DNA of 64,000 nt, taken from assembly GCA_009859145.1 (NCBI GenBank), contig VRVR01000022.1:186001-250000 (forward strand), written 5' to 3'. Origin of the DNA: Andalucia godoyi And28. Its lineage: Eukaryota > Protista > Jakobida. Shown here piece by piece: positions 31,481 through 43,122 of this stretch; position 1 is the first letter of the stretch; each line of letters starts with the position of its first letter. A program made the position numbers and the translations under genes. The notes beneath the pieces are model-generated. The model searched no databases, had not been told where the DNA came from, and saw only the letters and a list, made by a program, of their open reading frames with translations.

Positions 31481-33223
31481 ATGAGTAGTGAAGAAGAGCT
31501 ATGGAATCGGGTTCGCAGCGAGCCTCAGAACTTTGCGGCCTGGGCTTCGTTGCTTGAATTCTATGCTTCACAAGACGCATTTGCTGTGGCAGATCGCTAT
31601 CGCCAAGCATTTGTAGAGTTTTTTGGCGAGTTCCCGCTTTCATACGGATACTGGAAGGTCCATGCGGATTTTGAATCGCAAATTGGGGGCTGGCAAGCAG
31701 GACTTGCTGTCTTTGAACGCGCGGTTTCTGCAAATCCTCATCAGATTGAAATCTGGCTGTATTTTGTGGGGTTTCTGCAGCAACATTCCGAGCAAATTAA
31801 CAAAACTACAGGATCTGATACTGCTGCGCGGGACCGAATTCGATCTGTGTTTGCGGATGCCATCAAGAACGTAGGCTTGCAGTTTATTTCATCACCGGTG
31901 TGGGACTCTGCAATCGCCTTTGAAGCATCGCAGCAGGATTATGAAGGGGCGATCCGGCTGTTGAAGCAGGCATCATCCTCCGTCCTGCCAGATGTTGAAA
32001 AGTACTGGGAATCCCTGAAACAGTATGTTGAAGCGCGGTCAGTTGTCGAATGCATGGGAGGTTCTCACGCTCTCGAGCAGTTTTATGCAGCGCACGGCCA
32101 TCTGGAGGATGCACAGACGAAGACAGTTGTGTTGCAGTTGTGTGAAGAGCCTCATCGATTGGCTGTCGAAGAGGTTGCGCGTCGGCGGAAATTCGAAGGA
32201 GGAGTCAGAAGATCGTTTTTCCATCCGCAGCCGCTCGACAGCCACGAAATCGCCAACTGGCACAAGTACCTTGATTGGGAGGAGATGCATGGGTCCGAAG
32301 ATCGTGCAAAGAGTTTGTACGGAAGGTGTCTGATTCCGTGTGCCACGTATTCTGACTTTTGGCAACGATACGTCGGGTACCTTGAGAGTAAGGGTCGAGT
32401 TGAGGAGGCGCGAGAAGCAAACGGCAGAGCGCTTCGAACATTTTTCAAGTTGCGACCGCCGTTTTATCATTTTGTGTGTGATTTTGAAGAGGCACAGGGG
32501 AATCCGGAGCATTCAAAAGCGCTGTATGAGCATGTTATCAAGTACTTTTCGCCTGTGCATGTCGCCACTGTGGTCCGATGTGCATATTTTTATAGAAGGC
32601 AGGCAGACGAAGCATCGAGTCGCCAAGTTTTCACGGATGCACTGTCGAGGACTGCAGACGATCGAGACACGTTTTCGCGTATTTCTTTTGAATTTGGGCG
32701 ATTTGCTGCGGAGATTCTGCGGGATTTGGGGCTTGTGCGGTGGGTATTTCATCAAGCGCTCCCACGGTCACCTAATCCTCGTTTGCTGGCTGCTGCTTAT
32801 GCAAAGTATGAGGAGCAATTATCGGGCGATGCGTATGCTCTCTATGAAGACTTGATCGCTGGGAGGCTTTCTGCTTCTGTTGATCTTCCATTCTCTCGAA
32901 AAGACCGCGCATTCTTGTGCCAAGCGTACATTTCTTTGCTGCTGAAAGACAACCAGTTGCAAAAACTTCGGCCGGTACAACTGCTGCTGGACCGTCTGAC
33001 GACGGAGTTGCATGCGCAAGAAGTTCCTAGTGCCTCTCCGGCAGCTCCAGAGCAGCAACGCGTTGCTCGACCCGACATTGCAGTTCCGACCAGCGTCGGA
33101 ACCCCCGAGCAAGAAGCGATTATGCGACAGTGGCAACTGTACTGGAGCCAGAACCCGGAAGCGTACCAGCAGTACGTTCAACAGTACTATGCCCAGTACG
33201 GACAGCAGCCTCCGCAATCGTGA
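31481..33223 (+). CDS. PRPF39: Pre-mRNA processing factor 39 (U1 snRNP HAT-repeat protein), 580 aa
   Basis: 'NFAAWASLLE', 'FF.EFPLSYGYWK..AD', 'VG..F.S.PVWD', 'FE..VRR.FFH..PLD..EI.NW.KYLD.E', 'RCLIPCATY.DFW.RY'. Q/Y-rich tail. Confidence 0.9.
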   Translation: MSSEEELWNRVRSEPQNFAAWASLLEFYASQDAFAVADRYRQAFVEFFGEFPLSYGYWKVHADFESQIGGWQAGLAVFERAVSANPHQIEIWLYFVGFLQQHSEQINKTTGSDTAARDRIRSVFADAIKNVGLQFISSPVWDSAIAFEASQQDYEGAIRLLKQASSSVLPDVEKYWESLKQYVEARSVVECMGGSHALEQFYAAHGHLEDAQTKTVVLQLCEEPHRLAVEEVARRRKFEGGVRRSFFHPQPLDSHEIANWHKYLDWEEMHGSEDRAKSLYGRCLIPCATYSDFWQRYVGYLESKGRVEEAREANGRALRTFFKLRPPFYHFVCDFEEAQGNPEHSKALYEHVIKYFSPVHVATVVRCAYFYRRQADEASSRQVFTDALSRTADDRDTFSRISFEFGRFAAEILRDLGLVRWVFHQALPRSPNPRLLAAAYAKYEEQLSGDAYALYEDLIAGRLSASVDLPFSRKDRAFLCQAYISLLLKDNQLQKLRPVQLLLDRLTTELHAQEVPSASPAAPEQQRVARPDIAVPTSVGTPEQEAIMRQWQLYWSQNPEAYQQYVQQYYAQYGQQPPQS

Positions 33224-33329
33224 CGGTTGTTATGATTATTCTGAAAATTAAAAAGAAAAGCCCTACAAATGGCCATTGGTGGGTGAGATTTACGTCAACA
33301 AGTATGGTGGTGCCTGTACGTGCTTCCAA

Positions 33330-34409
33330 TCAATCTAATAGAGACGCATCCTGCAGATTCTGTCGTAGGAGAATATTTCGGACAGCATTGAGCACGACTC
33401 TAATTTGCTTTGTGTCTGTGGCGCACGTGATGTGCACGTACAGCGACCGGTCCTTGCTCTTGTTTTGCTCCAGGAATCGTTCCTCGATATATCGGACAGC
33501 CGAGTCAAAATCAAAGCCCCCCGCATAATCCGGAAAACACGTCTTGAGATCCACTCGTTTGATTTTCTCCGCAAACAGATCGCACTTGTTCAGGAAGATG
33601 ATGATGGACGTCTTTTGGAAGACGTCGTAGTTGCAAACTGTGTTGAACAGCTTGAGGGAATCCCACATTCTGTTTGTCGTCTCATCTTCGGCGAGCTTCT
33701 GATCATACTCGGAGAGTGACGTAACGAAAATGATACCTGTCACCTCGTTGAAACAATGAATCCATTTCCTTCGCTCGTTCTGCTGCCCACCAACATCCAC
33801 CATCTTGAACCTGAAGCCATCAATCATAAACTCCTCCTCATGAATACCCACAGTCTTCACTCGGCTTCTCAGCACGTCGTCCTGGGTGGGAACATAACCA
33901 GCCTCCGTAAGCCGAGCCACATTCTTGATGAAATACTCAGCAGAGTCGTTAATTTGGAACTCGGAGCGTCTGGAGTACGCTGCTTGCACACCTCGGTCTT
34001 TCCACAAGGCAGTAATATCAGCACTAAGTTGCGGGGTCAGGACTTTCGATGGATTTGCGACAATCAGCTGATCAGGGATCGCCATAATGCGCTCAGCCCG
34101 GCCTCTGTTTTCTTCCGACTCGAGAGGAATCCGAAGTCGGGCAGTCGCTGCAATCAAACTCTTGATGCTCTGGAGGGTGTTTGCATATACAACATCGCGA
34201 TACATAAGACACTCCTGCTTCGTGTATCCTTGTCTGTGCATGATCTGCATCTGCTTGAAGATCGTGCTCTTTCCAGACTCGCCAGCTCCAAGCAGAAGGA
34301 GCTTGATGACCGCCTGCTGTTTCTTTGTTTCTGTCTTCATTAGCTTTTCAATGTTCTTGTCTCGGGACTTCGCCTCTGCATTCTCCGGCGTCGAAGATCC
34401 ACAGCCCAT
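33330..34409 (-). CDS. Heterotrimeric G-protein alpha subunit, 359 aa
   Basis: MGCGSS (myristoylation/palmitoylation), GAGESGKST (G1), LRSRVKT (switch I), DVGGQ (G3), NKCD (G4), TCATD (G5). Confidence 0.97.
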   Translation of the reverse strand: MGCGSSTPENAEAKSRDKNIEKLMKTETKKQQAVIKLLLLGAGESGKSTIFKQMQIMHRQGYTKQECLMYRDVVYANTLQSIKSLIAATARLRIPLESEENRGRAERIMAIPDQLIVANPSKVLTPQLSADITALWKDRGVQAAYSRRSEFQINDSAEYFIKNVARLTEAGYVPTQDDVLRSRVKTVGIHEEEFMIDGFRFKMVDVGGQQNERRKWIHCFNEVTGIIFVTSLSEYDQKLAEDETTNRMWDSLKLFNTVCNYDVFQKTSIIIFLNKCDLFAEKIKRVDLKTCFPDYAGGFDFDSAVRYIEERFLEQNKSKDRSLYVHITCATDTKQIRVVLNAVRNILLRQNLQDASLLD

Positions 34410-34968
34410 TTCCAGCCAATACGAAACAAGCAAAAGGAAAAAGGAAATAACTATCAAAATTAGCCCGGATGAGGAATAGCCACAGCAAAGATAACAATAA
34501 CTACAGTAATAGTAAGAACAAATAATAGCAATATATATATATATAATGATGATAACCAAAAATGAATGACAATGAAGATAATAAACGTGATAGGAATGAT
34601 GACAGCACTGAAGTGGGTGTTGAGACGAGTGAAGCGTACCGCTGCGGAAACTGACTGTGTCCGAGTCTGTGCTTTGGGCTTCCTCAATTATTTTGCCAGA
34701 TGTTTGCTGTCATGACTGTCATTCCTCGGATGTACCAGCGTCAGAGCATGTCAGCCTCGTCTTGCATCAAGGCCAGTTCCCTCCAATGCACGCCCCCCCA
34801 ATTTCCCCGCCAGCGGTTTCGTCTTTTCTATTTCGTCTTTTCTATTTCGTCTTTTTCGTTTCATCTTTTGAATAAACAGCGGCCAATCAAGGCGGTAGGA
34901 ACGACGGATTCACATCCGATTCTTTTCTTCTTCTTTTTTTTTGCTTTTGCTTTTGCTGTTTCTGGAGA

Positions 34969-36363
34969 ATGTCTGCAACACAGATTGAAGAACGCGGCCA
35001 AGAAGACGACCAGCTTCTGCGACGTCTTGTGAACCATTTGGAGTTTGTCGAGGAACAGAAGGATCGGATTCAGACAGATGGAGAATTCGCGCATAAGTTG
35101 CTGAAGAGTCACAACAAGGACTTCCAGCACATTGTATCCACTCGAGAAGGAGCGCTCGACAGTGCGTTTTTGAAACAGTATTCGTCAGAGCGTGCGGAAG
35201 CCATGGCTCGCAACTACAATGCTGATATTGTGAAGACGTTTATTCATGGACTGAAAAGCAAATATCTGATTGGCGGATTGGACGAATCGACGCAGATGGT
35301 CGGCGGAAATTTGCTGGACGAAGGGTCGCACATTGTGATTGATTGGGTCAAGATCGGTGAAACATACTCGAAATTGCTGCGAAGCTGCAGAACACCGCAT
35401 TTCATGAATGGCCCGTTGGCGATTGAGCGAAAGCAACGAAAGGTTGCAGAGCGCAAGAAGAAGCCTGTTGCTCCGGAAGTGAAACCGAATGAATTCAACG
35501 CTGCCAAAGGCGACGAAAAGGTCAAGACGGATCGAGCTGTGCAGGCGCTGTACAAGGAAATCCGCTCATCTGCCGGTCGCGAGAATAAGAGATTACCGTT
35601 CTTCAGAACCGTCGTGGATCCAACGTCGTTTGCGAAGACCATTGAAAGGATCTTTCAATTTGGGTTCCTTATCAAAGATGATCGATGCGGGACTCAGGTC
35701 TCGGACGATGGGCTGTTGCAGATTTTTGTGAATGATCGACCGCAAGAAAAGGCTTCCAACGACGCTGCATCCGCCACAAACATCAAACCGAGACATCCTT
35801 CCATCTTTGTGCTGAGTGTTCCAAAATACAAGCTCATTGTGGATATGCTGAACAAAGGAGAGGAGCCCGCGAAGAACTTCTTTGATACTTTCAATTCGCA
35901 TTTCAGTGAGCAACATCCTTCGCGGAAGCTTGTGCGTCCCCCCACACGCCCGGATGGTTCGTCCCTGCTCACTCGGCCGGAGCTTTCAGAAGGGGTGTTC
36001 GATCGTGTGAATGGATCTGTCGAGCCGTCACCTGAGTCCGGGAGTTCTAGAAGGATAAAGAATGATCAAGACGATGTTGTCGACAATCGGCGTATTGCAG
36101 GAGCAGCTGGTGGTGGTGATGACGATGACGATGATGAAGACGGGGATGATATGAAATCAAAATCAAAATCCTTTGGCAGGAAGGAGGAAAAAATGGTTAT
36201 TGTGAAGAAACAGGATCCAATGGTGCCTCGCAAGCGCGTACCCGAGCGACGTGGCGCTCCGGCTCCTCTCGCCAAGAAGCGACGCTCAGCTGGAAGCTCT
36301 CATGAAAATGATGATGATGATGACAGTCAAGAGCGTCACCGTCCGAAGAAATCGCGTGTCCTC

Positions 36364-36409
<46 letters not shown>

Positions 36410-36423
36410 CGGATTACGAATGA
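34969..36423 (+). CDS. NSE4: SMC5/6 kleisin subunit Nse4/EID family, 484 aa, poly-Asp tail
   Basis: 'REGALDSAFL', 'PHFMNGPL.IE.K.RK' and the Nse4_C motif 'LPFFRTVVDPTSFAKTIERIFQFGFLIKD'. Confidence 0.8.
36364..36408 (+). repeat. (GAT)15 coding trinucleotide repeat (poly-Asp) at the NSE4 C-terminus
   Basis: Directly visible. Confidence 0.95.
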
Positions 36424-36513
36424 TCATAAAACAAGTTGCTGTACAGATGTTTTCATTGGTTAAGCAATAAAGAGCAGAAGACAACGGCGAAGAAGAAGAC
36501 CCCTCCAGTCGTC

Positions 36514-38466
36514 CTAACTGTCTTTTGTTTTCTTTTCACCTCTCAAGTACGGGTGGTCATAGAGGTCTTGCACATCTGGTCGGAGGTACTGACTGGGCTC
36601 GAGACACTTGACAAGAAAATCCCTGGCTTCCTGCGAAATCTTGCATGCTTGCGGGAAATCGACGCGATTTATATTGAGAATCGTGCGATCTGCAAGAATG
36701 CGCTGCTGGGTCATATCGTGACCAAACGGGCGACGGCCCACCAGCATCTCATAAAAAATAACTCCAGTGCCCCAAACATCCACCTTGGGAGAAATCTTAG
36801 ACTGTGTTCCGAAGCATTCCGGAGGCAAGTACCAGTAGGTTCCGGCGCCTTGCGACGTCAGCTCAATCGAGTCTTGGTCTCCATCCATGATCTTTGAGAG
36901 TCCAAAGTCTGTGATCTTGATGGACCCTTTGTGCACGAGAATGTTGGCTGGCTTGAGGTCATAGTGAATGATCCGCGGCCTTTGGTCCGAGAAAAACTTG
37001 AGGGCGGTCACGATCTGGCTCACGATGGATCTTGCTTCACGTTCCGAGAGAACTCCCTTGTTGAGCTTCAGATACGTGTCAAGATCGACTCCATCACAAT
37101 ACTCGAGCACTGTGCAAAACGACGTGTGATCAATTTCAAAAACGTCATGCAATCTTACCACCCGATGATGTATCAACCTTCGATGAATCTGATACTCGCG
37201 CATTGCATGCTTGATGTAAGACTGCTTGCGCTCTTCGGACCACTGTGAGTTCAGCTGATGAATCTTGCACGCCACGCGGCGGCATTCGGTGAGATCATAC
37301 GCCTCCCACACCTCCGAAAACCCGCCCTTGCCGATGAGCCGCAGCAGGATGTACCGTTCATCCGACAGGATCGGAAATGTATTAAACATGGATCGATCTT
37401 CATCGCGCTTTCGCTTGATGTCCCGAATCAACAAGAGCTTTTGCATTTCCAATTCATCTCGCTCTGCTTGCAGCAACGCCTCTTCCTTCTTCAGATTCCA
37501 CGCTCGGAGTTTGAGGACTTCATCAACCTCGACGCAATCGACGACGTTGGACAACGGAGGCAGCATAGGAAGATCAACATTCTCGGACGGCGCAAGGATA
37601 TCGTCAAACGAAATCTGGACGTCGTCAGGGACAGGAGGTGGCCCCATTTCTTCTGAAACTACGCTATTTGTATTGCCACTGTTGTGTGTCGCTTCCTTGG
37701 ACAGCACTCTTTTCCGCGACATGACAAACTTCTTCATCTTCTCAATGCACTTTCCTTCATATTCGATGCATGCCAACCGGGTGTTGACCTCCCGAAACAT
37801 TGGGCCGTGCTCAAACATCTCAGTAAGCTCCACACCCTGACGTCGGTATACAATCTGACCGAGTCTTTGCTGTCTCTCAACCAAGTCCTTTGTTGTCTCC
37901 AATCTGGCTCGTTTGGCATGCGAGACCAGGCTTTCTCTCAAAGCACTCTGGAGCATTCTTGACTGCTGCTGCATCTTATTCTTTTCCACGATTATCTTCT
38001 GGTCGTCCATTTCTAGCGCTCGTTTCGCTGTCTCCAGCTGCTCCAACAAGAGACCCAAATTCCGTTCTTTGGCAGCCAACGTCGCCTCTCGAGCATTCAG
38101 TTGCGTATTCCTCTCATTCAGTTTCTCTGTGGAAACCCCTCCACCGTTCAACGGATTCGGAGGAGACTTGCTTACGTAATTTAGAATGGAGTTCGTTTTT
38201 CTTTCTCTCACCTGCAGGTCGTGAGAAGAACTCGACTTCTCCAACTTCTCACGCTCCGGAGCCGGATTCATCTGAGGAGTCATCTGAGGAGTCATTCCAG
38301 CAAAAGGATCCGTTCGAGACCGTTTTGAAGGAGAAGGAGAAGACCGATCCGCAAGATCTCGCTTCAAACTCTCCGGAATCGAGTCTGACCTTGCTACAAT
38401 CTCAATATGTGCTACTCCGCCGCCGCCACCACCGCTACCATGCGATCCTTCTGCAGTTCTGGACAT
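36514..38466 (-). CDS. TLK: Tousled-like serine/threonine kinase, about 650 aa
   Basis: Coiled-coil region ('RLGQ....RQG...EMFEHG', 'RDIKR..DED.S.FN.FP.L..RY..L.LIGKGGFSEVW.A.DL') then a kinase domain with 'CKIHQLN..W', 'IHYDLKPANIL', 'KITDFGLSK' and 'GAGTYWYLPPECF'. Confidence 0.95.
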   Translation of the reverse strand: MSRTAEGSHGSGGGGGGVAHIEIVARSDSIPESLKRDLADRSSPSPSKRSRTDPFAGMTPQMTPQMNPAPEREKLEKSSSSHDLQVRERKTNSILNYVSKSPPNPLNGGGVSTEKLNERNTQLNAREATLAAKERNLGLLLEQLETAKRALEMDDQKIIVEKNKMQQQSRMLQSALRESLVSHAKRARLETTKDLVERQQRLGQIVYRRQGVELTEMFEHGPMFREVNTRLACIEYEGKCIEKMKKFVMSRKRVLSKEATHNSGNTNSVVSEEMGPPPVPDDVQISFDDILAPSENVDLPMLPPLSNVVDCVEVDEVLKLRAWNLKKEEALLQAERDELEMQKLLLIRDIKRKRDEDRSMFNTFPILSDERYILLRLIGKGGFSEVWEAYDLTECRRVACKIHQLNSQWSEERKQSYIKHAMREYQIHRRLIHHRVVRLHDVFEIDHTSFCTVLEYCDGVDLDTYLKLNKGVLSEREARSIVSQIVTALKFFSDQRPRIIHYDLKPANILVHKGSIKITDFGLSKIMDGDQDSIELTSQGAGTYWYLPPECFGTQSKISPKVDVWGTGVIFYEMLVGRRPFGHDMTQQRILADRTILNINRVDFPQACKISQEARDFLVKCLEPSQYLRPDVQDLYDHPYLRGEKKTKDS

Positions 38467-38842
38467 TTTTTCGGGGAAAATACTCGAAAACATCACTCAC
38501 CAAACGCAGCACAACGACAGATTGTCAACAAATCCAAAACACGCACACAAGAACAGTGTAAAGGTGAACGTGTTCCAAGAAAAGAAGATTAAGCAACCAA
38601 AAAATATTTTTAAAAAATGAATGAAGAAATATGAAGAACAGATTCTGTATTTTTAAAATCAGTAATGAAACTGCGAAACAGCTGGTTTTTGTTTTTGAAT
38701 TTCAAAAGCTTAAAGCATCATAAGACGGCATCAGGTGCGCGGGAAAGTTAGTGCAGCCGGCGGGATGTTGGGCTGCCTTTGAAGTCGCCAGCTGTCAACT
38801 GCCCAAAGTCAGAGAAAAGGGAAGCCCGTGTACGGACTACGG

Positions 38843-38944
38843 TCACCCCAGAACGATTACTCACTATTCATTTGGCGATTGACGATTTTTGACGATTGGG
38901 GGCGATTTTTGGTATAACACCCTCCAACCCAAACGTCTGGGTGA
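38843..38944. mobile_element. Putative 102-bp MITE-like element (9-bp TIR, 4-bp flanking direct repeat)
   Basis: TCACCCAGA (38843-38851) and TCTGGGTGA (38936-38944) are perfect inverted repeats, each flanked by ACGG (38839-38842, 38945-38948). The interior has five RRCGATT copies. Short enough that chance cannot be excluded. Confidence 0.3.
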
Positions 38945-39285
38945 ACGGCTGTGAATACCATCAGATACAATGAGACACTGTCGAATATTGACAACCGATT
39001 CCTTGTAAACGATCATGGCCGCTGGCGCTGACTGTAAAAAAAAAGGTCACTCTACACCAAAAAAAAATCTGTTTGAGGCGCAGCATGCGAGCCAAATGCT
39101 TGGAGAGATTTGGGTTTGGAGGGTAAACGCTGTGAATCACCGCACTTTTCTTCTTGCTGTCATTGTTCTTCATGCGAGGCTTTTCCTTTTTTTGTGGCTC
39201 GTCTTTGTTGTGTTTTATTCGTATTCTTTGCTTGGATTCTTCTTTTGGGGGTTTTGCAGGTTGCGAACGACGTTGGGGGACGCAG

Positions 39286-40863
39286 ATGAAAAGTCCCAGA
39301 TGTCTTCTGTTGCACGCCGTATTCATCTTGTCAGTTTCAGTGACGTTTGCAAGTCTTGTTGTTGAGCATGTTGCAGTCGTGTTTCGACATGGCGATCGGT
39401 ATGCTTCTCTCCCTTCCTCTCACGACTGTAGCATTGACACTTCTTATTCTTCTTGCATCTTTTTTTATTTTACGTGTGCATGTGCGAGTATGATCTAATG
39501 TTTTGGGTTTGTGTTTTGTTTTCTCAGTGCGCCAACAGCGTTGTTTCCTACGGATCCAGGGTATGCGGACCCATCGATTCGATGGCCTTGGGGCTTGGGG
39601 GAACTCACACCAATAGGAATGGACATGCATTACGCTGTTGGGCAGCGGATCAAGGAGCGTTACAATCTATCCACGTACAGTCCTTCTTTGATCTCGGTCC
39701 GGTCGACGGACTATCACCGAACGCTGATGTCTGCTGAGTCGGATCTGCTGGGTGTATTTTTCGAAAAGGGGCCTGTGGAGACGCTTCCTAATCGGTTTCA
39801 GCCTGTTCCAATTTCGACGGTTCCGCAAAATGAAGATGCATTGTTGCTGGGTTACTATTATGCCCAAGCGTGCCCGTATCTCTATGAAAACTACTTGGCA
39901 ACGCTGCCGACTTCTCCGCAGATGCAAGCATACAATTTGAGATGGCGACCGTTGTTTGATGTCCTGACGAACATCACGCAGGTTTACATCGATGTCGATT
40001 CGTCGTTTGTGGTTGCAGATACGTTTCAGTGCAACTTGGATCACAATTATACGCAAGCGGCAGGAGTGACGCCGGAAATCATAGCACAGACTCTCCAGTC
40101 GCAAGACGAGTGGTTCAACATCTGGTTCAATCCGGCGAATCCGGTGTTTCGACAAATGGCATCGGGTCTTCTTATTAATTCTACCCTCTCCTTTGAAGAT
40201 TCCTTTGTCAAAGTCTACAGCGCACACGACATTACGGTTGCCACGCTGCTCGCCGGTCTTGGGTTCAATGTTTCTGGCCAGCCCGCCTATGCTTCTCAGT
40301 TGTACATCGAGCGGCTTGTGGAACAAACCAGCTCGGAAAACAGTTGTCGCAGCAATTCTGGGTGCCGCAGGAATGCGCACGAGCACCGGAGTGTCCCTGC
40401 TGGTCGTGCAGATGGCAATGGATTTCGGGGCGAGTGGAAGAACCGCGGTCTTGGTGAATTCTCGCGTCAGAAGACCTCTGCTCCGACGTCATCGCCACAA
40501 AACAGATGGGTCCGTATCTTCTATGCAGATGGCTGGAACCAGTCTCCACAAGAATTGACGTTGCCTGGGTGTTCATCGTCCCCTTGCCCATACGAAACTG
40601 TCCTTTCGCTTCTCAAGCCGTACTCGGTGGGGACGATCGATGAGTTTGTGGCTCTGTGCCAGTTCCCGAATCCCCCTTCATCGTGTTCCGATTCATGTGG
40701 CTCCAAAGACGATTACAAGAATGTGTCGATTGTCGTTGGAGTCATTGGCGGAACCCTGATTATTGTGGTGATTGCGGTGGCCGTCTGGTTGAAGAAGAAG
40801 CCACAAGCTGTGAGCAAGGACACTGAATTTGGCGAGTACCGATCATCACTGCTTCGTGCTTGA
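39286..40863 (+). CDS. Histidine acid phosphatase (lysosomal/prostatic type), signal peptide plus C-terminal TM; 2 exons 39286-39398, 39528-40863; 482 aa
   Basis: Intron GTATGC...CTCAG splits the catalytic motif, which is restored as RHGDR|APT. Also 'GELTPIG', 'VRSTDYHRTLMSA' and the proton-donor 'SAHD', with a TM helix near the C-terminus. Confidence 0.92.
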
Positions 40864-40946
40864 AGATTTTCATCCCATTTCGTTTTTTTTCACACCTTTC
40901 ATTGTATATTTTCTGGTTATGCTTTTTTCCCTTCCCACCGGCGTGC

Positions 40947-40947
<1 letters not shown>

Positions 40948-40991
<44 letters not shown>

Positions 40992-41018
40992 GTGTGTGTG
41001 TGAGAGAGAGAGAGAGAG
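40948..41018. repeat. (GT)n(GA)n microsatellite between convergent genes
   Basis: Directly visible. Confidence 0.9.
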
Positions 41019-41182
41019 CACTTCCTTAAATTCCCTAGATATCCGCCCACATGGAAGTGGCATAAATATTTCAGAGTTGCGCTGTTCAGAGCATGGAACA
41101 TGATTGTATGCTTTTAAAGATCATAACGGCGTTGCACAAACCGAAAAAGGAAGACTTGCACATTACTGGTGTTTTCTGCTTC

Positions 41183-41431
41183 CTACTGCTTCTCCAGCTT
41201 CTCGATCTTTTGCAACTCTTCATCAACCATCTTTCGAATCCCCTTTTTCTCCATGGAGGTTACCATGCAGTCACGGAACGCCTGAAACTCGGATTCGCAT
41301 TCCGGGGTAAACTGCCCTTTCAGAAATTTTGTACTGTACCAACTCTGGAAACACTCTGTATAATCTTTCTTCTCACGAGCACACGGCGCAGATATGCTTT
41401 CATCTGCCTCCGTTTTTTTCTCGGTCGTCAT
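41183..41431 (-). CDS. MDM35: Mitochondrial intermembrane-space lipid-transfer chaperone Mdm35/TRIAP1, 82 aa
   Basis: 'SISAPCAREKKDYTECFQSWYSTKFLKG' and 'CESEFQAFRDC': twin CX9C with the family 'F..W...KFLKG' motif. Confidence 0.93.
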   Translation of the reverse strand: MTTEKKTEADESISAPCAREKKDYTECFQSWYSTKFLKGQFTPECESEFQAFRDCMVTSMEKKGIRKMVDEELQKIEKLEKQ

Positions 41432-42110
41432 GGGAATGCAGCAGCAGCTCAACAATGACAGAACGGTACGGTTTGCTTTTTCGGAATCAAACGACAAAAC
41501 AAAAACAACAGCTTCTCGTGACGATGATCGGCGAGCATGCGAAGCATCATTTGCGGTGGAGGAAGAAAGACTGTAGTATTGAGAGAAATACAGCAGGAAA
41601 CGATCCATCTGGTGGTGTAACTGACGAGCTCGGCGTCAGTGTAGGCACTAGGCTGCACACGGAGATCGGTAGTCTGGCGTTGGGAGGCCCGCTTCTTGGT
41701 GGATCGACGAGACCCGTTTCGCTTTCTCGATCTCGACGGGTTGCCCCGACGGGCCTTTTTTGCTCGATGCCCTCCATGCTGGAAGTGTGGTGCGATCCAG
41801 TTTCGGACGCATCTCCTCCGTCCCGAGGCGGCCCAGCGTCGCAGGATGGCGTCACGCACGTCAGGATTCCATGTGGCAAGACATAGAACAATGCGTCACA
41901 TACAAAATAAACACAGGAGATGTTTGTCAGCATGACAATCAATTTACCTTTATTTTCTGCAGACAGTGATGTATGGCGACGCTCATATTCGTCCCTACGA
42001 CCCGCTGTGCCGCCAGCTGATTAGGATGTTGTACGAGGGCAAAGTGAACCGGCGAATGACCATCAACGGGGAGGGTTCGTTGGCGTTAACAATTTCCTTT
42101 ATGAAGTTCA

Positions 42111-43122
42111 TCAGTCATGGCTCGGTGCATTGTACGTGATGAACAGGCCGTTGAAAACAGGTCGAGCACCACTTCCTGGGTTCGAAACGATGCCCTCTCC
42201 TTTGATCCAAAGCGTGGATGAGCCTCCCTGGTCCATTTCCATAGCAAGCTTGGCTCCGATGTGGTCCTTCATGAACATTGCCATCTTGTGTGCGGCGATA
42301 CCGCAAGTTGTGTCGTCATTCTTGCATCCGTCATGACCATCCGCAACCGCCATCACAACCCGGATATCGCTGCGGTCGTCTGCGTCCCACAAGAGACCAA
42401 CTGCGGTATTGGATGAGTGTTCCCAGATGTTCACATTATGATCCTCGATTGGGATATCCACGAATGGCTTTCCGCTGTTGTCCAGCGAAACCAAGTTTGG
42501 ACCTGCTCCGATCGCAAACTCGGTTTCTGCGGGAGCTTTTCCAGCACGGTCCAACACGACAACTGAAGTTTGGGAAACAGAAGTCTGGTTAATCAGCAGG
42601 ACAGCCGGTCTCGCATATCCTAAGCAATCGCAGTTCGACGAAAAAACCTTTCCTCCAATGATCGTTAATCCGTCTCCAACACCGTAGTTGGGATGGGCAA
42701 GGGTCGCTGGCTCGAGAGCTTCTTCTTTGCTCTTGAAGAAGCAAACATCGTCGAAAAAGTCTGGCTTGTCGACTCGCCAGAAGTATCCTCCGTTGACGCC
42801 CGCAAGCGCATTTAGAACTTGTGTGCTCGCCATCGCGTCGACGGGCTGTAAGTGGAGCGAGGGATCCGCTACTCCAGGAACTAATTTGATTCCAGGAGCA
42901 GAAAGAGATGCAGAAACCGTATTGAACACCATGGGACCGACCTTACCATACGGCGTCGATCCCGTGCAGTTGACTCGAGTCCACACCACAGACGGCGCAA
43001 TTGCTTGTGATTTCACTGTATCGCAGTTCCACTCGGAATCCGCAGCATAGGAAACGTTTGCGCCGAAACAGCAGCACAACAAAAGGCCCAGCAATCCGTG
43101 AACAATCATCATCATCATCATC

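Noticed and set aside
40330-40500. Low-complexity insert in the acid phosphatase as a possible unspliced intron
   Set aside because: It is in frame, lacks a GTAYG donor and a pyrimidine-rich acceptor, and lies in a loop position that tolerates insertions.
41449-42100. Several overlapping 70-185-aa ORFs between MDM35 and the NAGPA-family gene
   Set aside because: No frame or splice combination gave a recognisable protein. It could be UTR or an unresolved small gene.
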